31,298 nt of DNA from positions 1 to 31,298 of the IMG/VR virus record IMGVR_UViG_3300017778_001321. One strand, 5' to 3'. How positions within the stretch are numbered: the stretch's first letter is position 1; each line of letters starts with the position of its first letter. The translations under genes and the position numbers were made by a program. This document shows, one piece after another, positions 1 through 8,112 of the stretch. This DNA comes from a virus. Taxonomy: Duplodnaviria > Caudoviricetes. A model generated the notes under the pieces. It had not been told where the DNA came from. It did no database searches and saw only the letters and a program-made list of their open reading frames with translations.

Positions 1-9
1 GCGCCAGAG

Positions 10-82
10 CCCGGGGGGGGAGGCCCCGCGCCCGCCCCGTCCCGGTCACGGAGGGTCTGCAAAAACTTTTTTATTTTTTGCA
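10..82. other. GC-skewed G8/C-tract element followed by A/T tracts upstream of terS; candidate packaging-initiation region
   Basis: CCC-G8 at 10-20; C-tracts at 24-27, 31-33, 35-38, 41-43; inverted repeat TGCAAAAA (58-65) / TTTTTGCA (75-82). Function inferred from position only. Confidence 0.35.
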
Positions 83-107
83 AACCCAAAAAGCCGTGTT
101 ATATAAA
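78..107 (+). promoter_or_regulatory. sigma70-like promoter, probably giving a leaderless terS mRNA
   Basis: TTGCAA (78-83), then TG-T-TATATA (97-105) or TATAAA (102-107); predicted start site lies at or near the ATG at 112; no Shine-Dalgarno. Confidence 0.55.
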
Positions 108-111
108 ATCT

Positions 112-552
112 ATGACGTTTTACTCCCTGCCCTTTGAGCCGCGGCGGCTGCAAGCGACTGAGGCGCGGCTAGACGCAATTTATCAAGCGGCGCGCAAGGG
201 CGCGCGTGGTGACACGCTGGCGCTAGCGTCGGGTATGACGCCGCGCGAATACCGGGCGTTGTGTGAGTTTGACCCCTTGGCCGCCTTGGCAGAGGAAAAA
301 GGCCGGGCGGACGGCGAGATGGAAATGGCCGGCGTCCTGCGCGACGCGGCTTTGGCCGGCGACGCCAAGGCGGCGCTGGACATGTTGAAGCACGCGCATG
401 GGTGGGTGGCGAAGCAGGCGGTGCAGATTGACATCAACCAGACCATCTCTATCACCTCCGCGCTGCAAGAGGCCAGCCGCCGCGTGATCGAGGGCCTAGC
501 CGAGCCAGTAATACAAATCAGTCAGGCAGAACATGCAGACCACGCGGTATAG
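112..552 (+). CDS. terS: terminase small subunit
   Basis: 146-aa helical protein with HTH-like N-terminus; overlaps the start of TerL. Confidence 0.75.
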   Translation: MTFYSLPFEPRRLQATEARLDAIYQAARKGARGDTLALASGMTPREYRALCEFDPLAALAEEKGRADGEMEMAGVLRDAALAGDAKAALDMLKHAHGWVAKQAVQIDINQTISITSALQEASRRVIEGLAEPVIQISQAEHADHAV

Positions 553-2056
553 CGCCGACGACGAAATGGAGTTGATGACCCGGCTGTGGACGCCGGCCCT
601 CAAGGACGACCCGCTAAAGTTCGTGCTGTTCGTGTTCCCGTGGGGGCAGAAGGGTACGCCGCTAGAGAATTTTGACGGGCCGCGGCGGTGGCAGCGAGAA
701 GTGCTGCAAAGCATCGCCAACCACGTGAAGCAGAACAACGGCAAGGTGGACTTTGACACGCTCAGGATGGCGACCTCATCCGGTCGCGGCATTGGCAAGT
801 CGGCGTTAGTGTCCTGGCTGGTCATCTGGATGCTGACCACGCGGATTGGCAGCACCACCATCGTGTCGGCTAACTCCGAGTCTCAGCTTCGGTCGATCAC
901 CTGGGCGGAAATTACCAAGTGGCTTAGTATGGCGCTCAACAGCCACTGGTTTGAGGTCAGCGCTACGCGGCTGATGCCGGCCAAGTGGCTGACGGAACTG
1001 GTCGAGCGCGACCTCAAGATGGGCACCCGGTACTGGGGCGTCGAGGGGCGGCTGTGGTCGGCTGAGAACCCCGACGCCTACGCCGGGGTCCACAACTTCG
1101 CCGGGGTCTTGCTGGTGTTCGACGAAGCCAGCGGTATTGACGACAGCATCTGGTCGGTCGCAGCGGGGTTCTTTACCGAGAACACGCCGCACCGCTTTTG
1201 GCTGGCGTTTAGCAACCCGCGGCGCAACAGCGGCTACTTCTACGAGTGCTTCCACTCCAAGCGGGACTTTTGGAACACCAAGATCGTGGACGCGCGCACG
1301 GTCGAGCATACGGACAAGCAGGTCTACCAACAGATTATTGACGAGTACGGCCCCGACAGCACCCAGGCCCACGTCGAGGTGTACGGTCAGTTTCCCAACG
1401 CGTCAGACGATCAGTTCATTGGCGCAAGCCTAGTGGACGACGCCATGCGCCGGCAGCAGCACAAAGACCCGTCGGCGCCCATTATTGTTGGCGTGGACCC
1501 TGCCCGGTTTGGGTCCGACAGCACGGTCATCGCCGTCCGGCAAGGGCGCGACATCGTGGCAATCAAGCGCTACAAGGGCGACGACACCATGACGGTGGTG
1601 GGCCACGTCATTGACGCCATAGAGACGTACAAGCCGGCGCTAGTGGTGGTTGACGAGGGCGGCCTAGGCGCCGGCATCGTCGACCGGCTGAAGGAGCAGC
1701 GGTACAAGATCAAGGGCGTCAACTTTGGGAACAAGTCGAAGAACCCTATGATGTGGGGCAACAAGCGGGCTGAGATGTGGGGTGAGATGCGGGCCTGGCT
1801 GAAAGACGCCGCCATCCCCCAGGACCGCTACCTCAAGAACGACCTGACCGGACCGGTGATGAAGCCCGACAGCAAGGGGACCATTTTCCTAGAGAGCAAG
1901 AAGGACATGAAGTCGCGCGGGCTGGCCAGCCCCGACGCAGCTGACGCTATCGCGGTGACGTTTGCCTTCCCGGTAGCCCATCGAGAATATGTTGACAGGG
2001 GCACCCGGCGCTCCTATTCTCCCGCCGGAATACCAACATCTTGGATGGGGGCTTAA
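533..2056 (+). CDS. terL: terminase large subunit
   Basis: Walker A SSGRGIGKS, Walker B LLVFDEA, coupling motif SNP, nuclease motifs VGVDPARFGSD and SPDAADA. Confidence 0.97.
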   Translation: MQTTRYSADDEMELMTRLWTPALKDDPLKFVLFVFPWGQKGTPLENFDGPRRWQREVLQSIANHVKQNNGKVDFDTLRMATSSGRGIGKSALVSWLVIWMLTTRIGSTTIVSANSESQLRSITWAEITKWLSMALNSHWFEVSATRLMPAKWLTELVERDLKMGTRYWGVEGRLWSAENPDAYAGVHNFAGVLLVFDEASGIDDSIWSVAAGFFTENTPHRFWLAFSNPRRNSGYFYECFHSKRDFWNTKIVDARTVEHTDKQVYQQIIDEYGPDSTQAHVEVYGQFPNASDDQFIGASLVDDAMRRQQHKDPSAPIIVGVDPARFGSDSTVIAVRQGRDIVAIKRYKGDDTMTVVGHVIDAIETYKPALVVVDEGGLGAGIVDRLKEQRYKIKGVNFGNKSKNPMMWGNKRAEMWGEMRAWLKDAAIPQDRYLKNDLTGPVMKPDSKGTIFLESKKDMKSRGLASPDAADAIAVTFAFPVAHREYVDRGTRRSYSPAGIPTSWMGA

Positions 2057-2515
2057 ATGGCCAATACAAAGCCAATCGGCGTTGCCTACGAAGACCAAAA
2101 CATCGTAGGCGCTGATACCGTCAACGCAACAACCGTTAGCGGCACTGACATCAACGGCGTGGACATCTACGCTTCCGACGAGATTGGCTACGCGGCAGCC
2201 GCGCAAAGCACCGTTACGCAGTTGACCGACAAGTCCACGGGCGTGACGATTAACGCCTCAGCGGGCCGAATTACCATGAGCAATGCTACCCTCAACGCTA
2301 CTACCAATGTTGCGTTCACTATGACCAACAGCAAATTATCCGCCAAAGATTTAGTGATTGTCAACGTGGCTGGCGGCGTGGCGTCAAATGTAACCTACAA
2401 CTGCTGGGTTTCAGGCCACACGGCTGGTTCTTGCGCGTTTGTCCTGCGTAACATCTCAGCCGGTTCGTTATCCGAAGCCGTCGTGTTGAACTTTGCCATT
2501 ATCCATTGCGTGTAA
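2057..2515 (+). CDS. putative virion structural protein (Thr/Ala/Asn-rich, beta-rich)
   Basis: 152 aa; abuts the terL stop; composition typical of decoration or short fibre proteins. Confidence 0.6.
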   Translation: MANTKPIGVAYEDQNIVGADTVNATTVSGTDINGVDIYASDEIGYAAAAQSTVTQLTDKSTGVTINASAGRITMSNATLNATTNVAFTMTNSKLSAKDLVIVNVAGGVASNVTYNCWVSGHTAGSCAFVLRNISAGSLSEAVVLNFAIIHCV

Positions 2516-2516
2516 G

Positions 2517-2774
2517 ATGCCGAAAAAGAGCGTATCGCTGGCCGTAGGCCGCGGCGAGAAGCTACCGACGGATAAGGGCGCGGGTCTGACTGCAAAGGGC
2601 CGCGCCAAATACAATCGTGAGACAGGCTCTAACCTGAAGCCGCCGGCGCCCAGCCCCAAGACCGAGGCGGACAAGGGGCGCAAAAAATCCTTTTGCGCCA
2701 GAATGGCGGGCGTGGTAGCTAAGTCTGAAAACGCTGACCGCGCTAAGGCCAGCATGAGAAGGTGGAAGTGCTGA
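2517..2774 (+). CDS. small basic protein (DUF6321-like)
   Basis: 85 aa from ATG 2517; GLTAKGRAKYNRETGSNLK...RKKSFCARM...RRWKC, a Lys/Arg-rich pattern I recognise from phage packaging modules. Confidence 0.75.
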   Translation: MPKKSVSLAVGRGEKLPTDKGAGLTAKGRAKYNRETGSNLKPPAPSPKTEADKGRKKSFCARMAGVVAKSENADRAKASMRRWKC

Positions 2775-2944
2775 TGGCAAAACCAGGGCTTTACAGCAAC
2801 ATCAACGCCAAACGCGACCGCATTGCGGGCGGCTCTGGCGAGAAGATGCGGAAGGTTGGTTCCAAGGGCGCGCCAACTGCGGCTGCGTTCCGTGAATCTG
2901 CCAAGACGGCCAAGCCCGCCAAGCCTGCGAAAAAGGGCAAGTAA
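2774..2944 (+). CDS. small basic protein
   Basis: 56 aa, MAKPGLYSNINAKR...AKPAKPAKKGK; TGATG coupling with the upstream gene. Confidence 0.75.
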   Translation: MAKPGLYSNINAKRDRIAGGSGEKMRKVGSKGAPTAAAFRESAKTAKPAKPAKKGK

Positions 2945-2945
2945 C

Positions 2946-3083
2946 GTGCCGCTGGTCAAATCCGCGTCAAAAGACGCCTTCCGCAAAAACGTGAAGGCTG
3001 AGATTGCCGCGGGCAAGCCGGCCAAGCAGGCTGTTGCCATCGCGTATGCAACCAAGCGCACGGCCGCAAAGAAGCAAAAGTAA
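2946..3083 (+). CDS. small basic protein
   Basis: 45 aa from GTG 2946, MPLVKSASKDAFRKNVKAEIAAGKPAKQAVAIAYATKR...; TAATG coupling to the portal gene. Confidence 0.75.
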   Translation: MPLVKSASKDAFRKNVKAEIAAGKPAKQAVAIAYATKRTAAKKQK

Positions 3084-5269
3084 TGGCATCAAACGACGTA
3101 GAAGCAGCGGGCAGCGTATCGGACAGCGACGACAAGGATCGGCTGTCGGCTATGCGCCGGCGCTATACGATAGCGTTATCGGCCTATTCGGACAGCCGCG
3201 AGGACGAGCTGGACGACCTGCGGTTTATGGCCGGGTCGCCCGACAACCAATGGCAATGGCCGGCGGACGTGTTGTCAACTCGCGGGTCCGTGCAGGGCCA
3301 GACGATCAACGCGCGACCGTGCCTGACGATCAACAAGCTACCGCAGCATGTGCGCCAGGTGACGAACGAACAGCGGCAGAACCGCCCAACGGGCAAGGTA
3401 ATTCCGGCGGACGACATGGCCGACGTGCGCGTGGCTGAGATATTCGACGGCATGGTGCGCCACATCGAATACATCTCCGACGCCGACGTGGCCTACGATA
3501 CCGCCTGCGACAACCAAGTGACCTACGGCGAAGGCTACATCCGCATCCTGACCGAATACACCCGCGAGGACAGCTTCGATCAGGATATTAGGATTGGGCG
3601 CGTTCGCAACTCTTTCTCGGTCTATATGGACCCGGCAATCCAAGACCCGTGCGGCTCCGACGCCGAGTGGTGTTTTGTTACTGAAGATGTGAGCAAGGCT
3701 GATTATGAACGCATGTTTCCAGATGCTGCGCCAATTTCTAGCCTTTTGTCGCAAGGCGTGGGCGACCAGAGCCTTTCTCAATGGCTTTCGGAAGACATGG
3801 TACGTATCGCCGAATACTTCTACTACGAACACGAAAAAGCGACGCTAAACCTCTACCCCGACAACATCACGGCGTTTGCCAACAGCCCGCAAGACAAGCA
3901 ACTCAAGCAGATGTTTGGTAAGCCGCTGCGCTCGCGCTCGGTGGACCGCAAAAAAGTCAAGTGGATGAAGACCAACGGGTTTGAAGTTCTTGAAGAACGC
4001 GATTGGGCCGGCAAATACATCCCCGTTGTGCGGGTGGTTGGCAACGAGTTTGAGGTAGACGGCCAGCTTTACGTGTCGGGCCTTGTGCGAAACGCCAAGG
4101 ACGCCCAGCGCATGTATAACTACTGGGTCAGCCAGGAAGCCGAAATGCTGGCGCTGGCGCCCAAAGCACCCTTTATTGGTTATGGTGGCCAGTTTGAAGG
4201 GTACGAGATGCAGTGGAAAACGGCCAACACAAACAACTGGCCGTACCTAGAGGTCAATCCGGACGTTACGGACGGCGCAGGGCAGACTCTGCCGCTCCCG
4301 CAACGTGCTCCACCGCCTTTGGCTCAGACCGGCCTCATACAAGCTAAAATGGGCGCTGCTGAAGACATTAAGGGCACCACGGGGCAGTACAACAGCAGCC
4401 TTGGCGCCCAGAGCAACGAACGGTCGGGCCGGGCAATCCTCGCGCGTGAAAAGCAAGGCGACACGGGGACGTACCATTACGTTGACAACCTGTCTCGCGC
4501 AATCCGCTACGTCACCCGGCAGCTTGTGGACATGATCCCCAAGATTTACGACACCGCCCGCGTGGCGCGTATTGTAGGGTTGGACGGCGAGGTGGGTATG
4601 GTGCGGATTAACCCCACGCAGCCGGAACCAATGAAGGAAATCCGCGACGAAAACGGGTTTGTGATTGACAAGATCTATAACCCGTCGGTCGGCGTTTACG
4701 ACGTGTGCGTGACCACAGGACCAGGCTACATGACTAAGCGCCAGGAAGCCTTGGACGCCATGTCGATGCTGTTGCAGTCCAATCCTCAGCTTTGGTCCGT
4801 TGCCGGTGATCTATTCGTCAAAAACATGGATTGGCCAGGCGCGCAGGAGATGGCGGCGCGGTTTGCTAAGATCATTGATCCAAAGGTTATGGAAGGGGAA
4901 GATCAATCCCCTGAAATGCAGCAAGCCAAGATGCAACTTGAGGCACTGACCAAAGAACTCAACCAAGTGGTCGGCATGTTGCAGCGGGTCGAGCAGTCTA
5001 TTGAGGCCCAAGAGGTCCAAATCAAGGCGTATGACGCCGAAACCAAGCGCATTTCGGCGGTCCAGGCGGGCATGTCGCCTGAGCAAATTCAAGACATCGT
5101 GATGGGCACCATTGCTGCGGCCATGGATACGGGCGACATTGTGGGCCGCGACACGCCTATGGAGCGCCAAATGCCGGCTATGGATCAAATGCCGCCTGAA
5201 ATGGGTGGTATGCCGCCAGACATGGCTCAAATGCAACCCGAAATGCCCCCAGGAGGGCCAATGCAATGA
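3083..5269 (+). CDS. P22-like portal protein
   Basis: 728 aa; RPCLTINKL, GEGYIRI, GLVRNAKDAQRMYNYW, SGRAILAR motifs; C-terminal coiled-coil barrel and Met/Pro-rich tail. Confidence 0.95.
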   Translation: MASNDVEAAGSVSDSDDKDRLSAMRRRYTIALSAYSDSREDELDDLRFMAGSPDNQWQWPADVLSTRGSVQGQTINARPCLTINKLPQHVRQVTNEQRQNRPTGKVIPADDMADVRVAEIFDGMVRHIEYISDADVAYDTACDNQVTYGEGYIRILTEYTREDSFDQDIRIGRVRNSFSVYMDPAIQDPCGSDAEWCFVTEDVSKADYERMFPDAAPISSLLSQGVGDQSLSQWLSEDMVRIAEYFYYEHEKATLNLYPDNITAFANSPQDKQLKQMFGKPLRSRSVDRKKVKWMKTNGFEVLEERDWAGKYIPVVRVVGNEFEVDGQLYVSGLVRNAKDAQRMYNYWVSQEAEMLALAPKAPFIGYGGQFEGYEMQWKTANTNNWPYLEVNPDVTDGAGQTLPLPQRAPPPLAQTGLIQAKMGAAEDIKGTTGQYNSSLGAQSNERSGRAILAREKQGDTGTYHYVDNLSRAIRYVTRQLVDMIPKIYDTARVARIVGLDGEVGMVRINPTQPEPMKEIRDENGFVIDKIYNPSVGVYDVCVTTGPGYMTKRQEALDAMSMLLQSNPQLWSVAGDLFVKNMDWPGAQEMAARFAKIIDPKVMEGEDQSPEMQQAKMQLEALTKELNQVVGMLQRVEQSIEAQEVQIKAYDAETKRISAVQAGMSPEQIQDIVMGTIAAAMDTGDIVGRDTPMERQMPAMDQMPPEMGGMPPDMAQMQPEMPPGGPMQ

Positions 5270-5628
5270 GTTGCGCTGAATTTATTGGCAATCTGTTTTT
5301 GGCCCGTGATGTGGCCCATTCGGTCCATCTGAACACGCGCAGCTACGCCAAGCATAAGGCTTTAGGCAAGTTTTACGACAGCGTAATCGACCTTGCGGAC
5401 AAATTTGCCGAGGCGTACCAAGGCCGGCACGGGCTAATTGGCCCGATTTCCTTGCACTCAGCGCGCAAAACATCCAATATCACCGAATTTCTTGAGGATA
5501 ACCTCAAAGAAATTGAAGATGCGCGCTATAAGGTGTGCGACAAGTCTGATACGGCGTTGCAGAACATAATCGACGAAATTGTTGGCTTATACTTGTCAAC
5601 GCTGTATAAACTCAAATTCCTGGCATAA
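5266..5628 (+). CDS. ferritin/Dps-like four-helix protein (DUF5856-like)
   Basis: HSVHLNTRSYAKHKALGKFYDSVIDLADKFAE contains H...H-x14-D-x3-E, the Dps ferroxidase spacing; ATGA coupling to portal. Confidence 0.7.
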   Translation: MSCAEFIGNLFLARDVAHSVHLNTRSYAKHKALGKFYDSVIDLADKFAEAYQGRHGLIGPISLHSARKTSNITEFLEDNLKEIEDARYKVCDKSDTALQNIIDEIVGLYLSTLYKLKFLA

Positions 5629-5640
5629 GGACGCCGACTG

Positions 5641-5943
5641 ATGGAACTCCTTAAACCGCTTACTAAAGCAGATTTCCCCGCCCAAACCGCGTCTTTTACC
5701 GCCACGGCGGCTAATACGACCGGTTGGAACGCGGGACCGCAGGGTGTTGTGGTTTGGTCGGACCAGGCGTGTTACGTTGAAGTCGGCGAAGGGGCCGTTG
5801 CAACGACTGCCAGCACGCCGATACCGCCGTATACCCCCATTCCGTTCGCGGTTCCTATTACGACCAGCGGCGTTTGGCGGGTTAGCGCTATCCGAGTGTC
5901 TACCGACGGTATTCTGTACGCCAAACCTATCAATAAGGCTTGA
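5641..5943 (+). CDS. small beta-rich virion protein; candidate head-spike base
   Basis: 100 aa, SD TAAGGA; size, beta-rich composition and position ahead of an adaptor peptide and a fibre. Confidence 0.5.
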   Translation: MELLKPLTKADFPAQTASFTATAANTTGWNAGPQGVVVWSDQACYVEVGEGAVATTASTPIPPYTPIPFAVPITTSGVWRVSAIRVSTDGILYAKPINKA

Positions 5944-5946
5944 GAC

Positions 5947-6108
5947 ATGGGGTTTGCTGGCGCTTTACGAAACGGCGTTGCCATAGGGCTAGGCGCCATA
6001 GTTTCGTTTTTTTCAGGGTACGGCCCCGATCAAGCGCAAGGTAACCTTGAAACTGAAAATCTTGAGAACCTTACTCAAGAAGACAACGGTTTAATTTTGT
6101 TGGAGTAG
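5947..6108 (+). CDS. 53-aa adaptor-like peptide (not in ORF track)
   Basis: MGFAGALRNGVAIGLGAIVSFFSGYGPDQAQGNLETENLENLTQEDNGLILLE; fills the gap between its neighbours; shares the GAGACATGG start context with the next gene. Confidence 0.8.
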   Translation: MGFAGALRNGVAIGLGAIVSFFSGYGPDQAQGNLETENLENLTQEDNGLILLE

Positions 6109-6112
6109 AGAC

Positions 6113-7201
6113 ATGGCTGATAAAAAGATTTCGCAGCTTTCCGTTGCCTCTACGCCGCTTGCCGGGACCGAAGTGCTGCCGATTGTGCAAAGCGGCGCCA
6201 CAGTCCAAGTGTCGGTGGCTAATTTAACGGCGGCGCGCGCGGTCGCCGCCGCGGCCTTAACGGTAGACGCAAATTCAGTTTCAGACGCTGTTCGCATTAC
6301 CCAAACAGGCAGCGGCAACGCACTGGTGGTGGAAGATAGCACCAATCCTGATGCAACTCCTTTTGTGATTAATGCTTCCGGCAACGTGGGGATTGGGACC
6401 AGTTCGCCAGACGCTGCGCTAACCGTGAATACGGTTGCATCTTTTGGTGCGGGAGCAACGGCCTTGCCGTCTATTGCGGCTAAGGGTGATCTTGATACCG
6501 GAATATGGTTCCCAGCGGTTAACACTATTGCTATTAGCACAGCAGCCTCCGAGCGGTTTCGCATCACCAGCACTGGCAACGTGGGGATTGGCACGAGCGC
6601 CGCTGACGCTGCACTCACAGTGAATACCGTGGCATCTTTTGGTGCGGGAGCGGCGGCGTTGCCGTCTATCGCAGCTAAGGGCGACCTCAATACAGGTATG
6701 TGGTTCCCTGCTGCTGACACTACCGCTGTTAGCACGGGCGGCTCCGAACGCCTTCGCATTAATTCCAGCGGCAACGTGGGGATTGGGACGAGTTCGCCTG
6801 ATTACTTGTTGACCTTGCAATCTGCCGATTCGGCAATCAGTATGAAGGATAGTGGCGGTACGACGCGAGGATTTATCGGTATTGCGGGGGGGTTCGGGAC
6901 TGCACCGACGGGTGCGTTGCGGCTACGGTCGGATCAGGGCGGTCTGGTTTACGGCTTTGCAGGCACCGAGCAACTCCGCATTGACACCAGCGGCAACGTG
7001 GGGATTGGCACGAGTTCGCCTTCGGCATCTGCGATTTTGGACGCGCAAAGCACCACAAAAGGTGTGAGGCTGCCCAACATGACCACAGCACAGAAAAACG
7101 CTATTGCCAGCCCCGCTGCGGGTTTGATGGTGTTCGACACCACTTTGGCCAAACTTTGCGTTTATTCCGGCGCGGCATGGCAAACAGTCACATCAGTTTA
7201 A
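6113..7201 (+). CDS. modular fibre protein (probably head fibre) with four GNVGIGT repeats
   Basis: N-terminal MADKKISQL domain, four GNVGIGTS junctions, C-terminal KGVRLPNMTTAQKNAIASPAAGLMVFDTT domain. Confidence 0.8.
   Translation: MADKKISQLSVASTPLAGTEVLPIVQSGATVQVSVANLTAARAVAAAALTVDANSVSDAVRITQTGSGNALVVEDSTNPDATPFVINASGNVGIGTSSPDAALTVNTVASFGAGATALPSIAAKGDLDTGIWFPAVNTIAISTAASERFRITSTGNVGIGTSAADAALTVNTVASFGAGAAALPSIAAKGDLNTGMWFPAADTTAVSTGGSERLRINSSGNVGIGTSSPDYLLTLQSADSAISMKDSGGTTRGFIGIAGGFGTAPTGALRLRSDQGGLVYGFAGTEQLRIDTSGNVGIGTSSPSASAILDAQSTTKGVRLPNMTTAQKNAIASPAAGLMVFDTTLAKLCVYSGAAWQTVTSV
6380..7008 (+). repeat. four exact 17-bp direct repeats GGCAACGTGGGGATTGG; 195-bp tandem duplication
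   Basis: Copies start at 6380, 6575, 6770 and 6992 (spacing 195, 195, 222). Units 6380-6574 and 6575-6769 are homologous along their length. Confidence 0.95.
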
Positions 7202-7232
7202 AATGCAAACGCAAGAGCAAAAACAAAATGCG

Positions 7233-7311
7233 TAGCGCACTTTTTACCCTTTATCGTATAAGGGTTAAAATCCGTACTGGCGCGGTTCACCAGGGTTCGT
7301 AAGGAACACCA
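7233..7311 (+). promoter_or_regulatory. late promoter candidate plus structured scaffold 5' UTR
   Basis: TTTACC (7243-7248)-17 bp-TAAAAT (7266-7271) overlapping the inverted repeat ACCCTT/AAGGGT; downstream CCGTACTGGCGCGGTTCACCAG and a GTTC/GAAC hairpin over SD AAGGA. Confidence 0.55.
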
Positions 7312-8094
7312 ATGTCTGAAGCAGTACAAGACTTAGCGGAAGTGCCCGCGCCGGATCAGGCCGCCACGGCGGCGCCTGCGCCCGATGATATTACGCCGGC
7401 TGAAGCGTCAACGGACGCGCCTAAGACCTTCTCGCAGGAGGAATTGGACGCAATCGTTGGCAAACGCCTTGCCCGCGAACAGCGGAGATGGGAACGAGAT
7501 CAAGCCCAAAAACTGGCTGAACTGGACGCGCGGCGGGCAATGCCCGTCAACCCTCCCGCGCCTGACGATTTCGACAATGCTGCGCGTTATGCAGAGGCTT
7601 TGGCCGAGCAAAAAGCGCAGGAGATGTTGCGTCAGCGTGATGCAGCCCAGCAGCAGGCTAAATGGCTGGAAACCTACCATGAGAAAGAGGAAGACGCTCG
7701 CGGGCGGTACGACGACTTTGAACAAGTCGCCTACAACCCCAGCCTTCCTGTGACTGATGTTATGGCCCAGTCGATCCAGGCTTCTGACAGTGGCCCCAAC
7801 ATCATCTATTGGTTAGGGTCCAACCCGAAAGAAGCTGAGCGTATCTCTAAACTCCCTCCCTTTTTGCAGGCCAAGGCGATTGGTACGATCGAAGCCAAAT
7901 TGGCCGCCGATCCGCCGGTCAAAAAAACCTCATCCGCGCCCGCCCCTATTGCTCCGGTAAATGCGCGGTCAACTTCATCTCCTGCCTATGACACGACGGA
8001 CCCCAGGTCCGTAAAAACCATGTCAACGTCAGATTGGATTGAAGCGGACCGCCAGCGCCAGATCAAGAAGTGGGAGGCATCCCGCAACCGCTAA
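7312..8094 (+). CDS. capsid scaffolding protein
   Basis: Acidic Pro/Ala N-terminus, KTFSQEELDAIVGKRLAREQR coiled coil, C-terminal KTMSTSDWIEADRQR; lies directly before the coat gene. Confidence 0.88.
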   Translation: MSEAVQDLAEVPAPDQAATAAPAPDDITPAEASTDAPKTFSQEELDAIVGKRLAREQRRWERDQAQKLAELDARRAMPVNPPAPDDFDNAARYAEALAEQKAQEMLRQRDAAQQQAKWLETYHEKEEDARGRYDDFEQVAYNPSLPVTDVMAQSIQASDSGPNIIYWLGSNPKEAERISKLPPFLQAKAIGTIEAKLAADPPVKKTSSAPAPIAPVNARSTSSPAYDTTDPRSVKTMSTSDWIEADRQRQIKKWEASRNR

Positions 8095-8112
8095 GTATAA
8101 GGATAAGCCACT

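Noticed and set aside
6380-7008. Regularly spaced repeats as a CRISPR array or DGR template/variable repeat pair
   Set aside because: Spacing is 195-222 bp, all in frame within one ORF; differences are not adenine-specific; no reverse transcriptase in the window.
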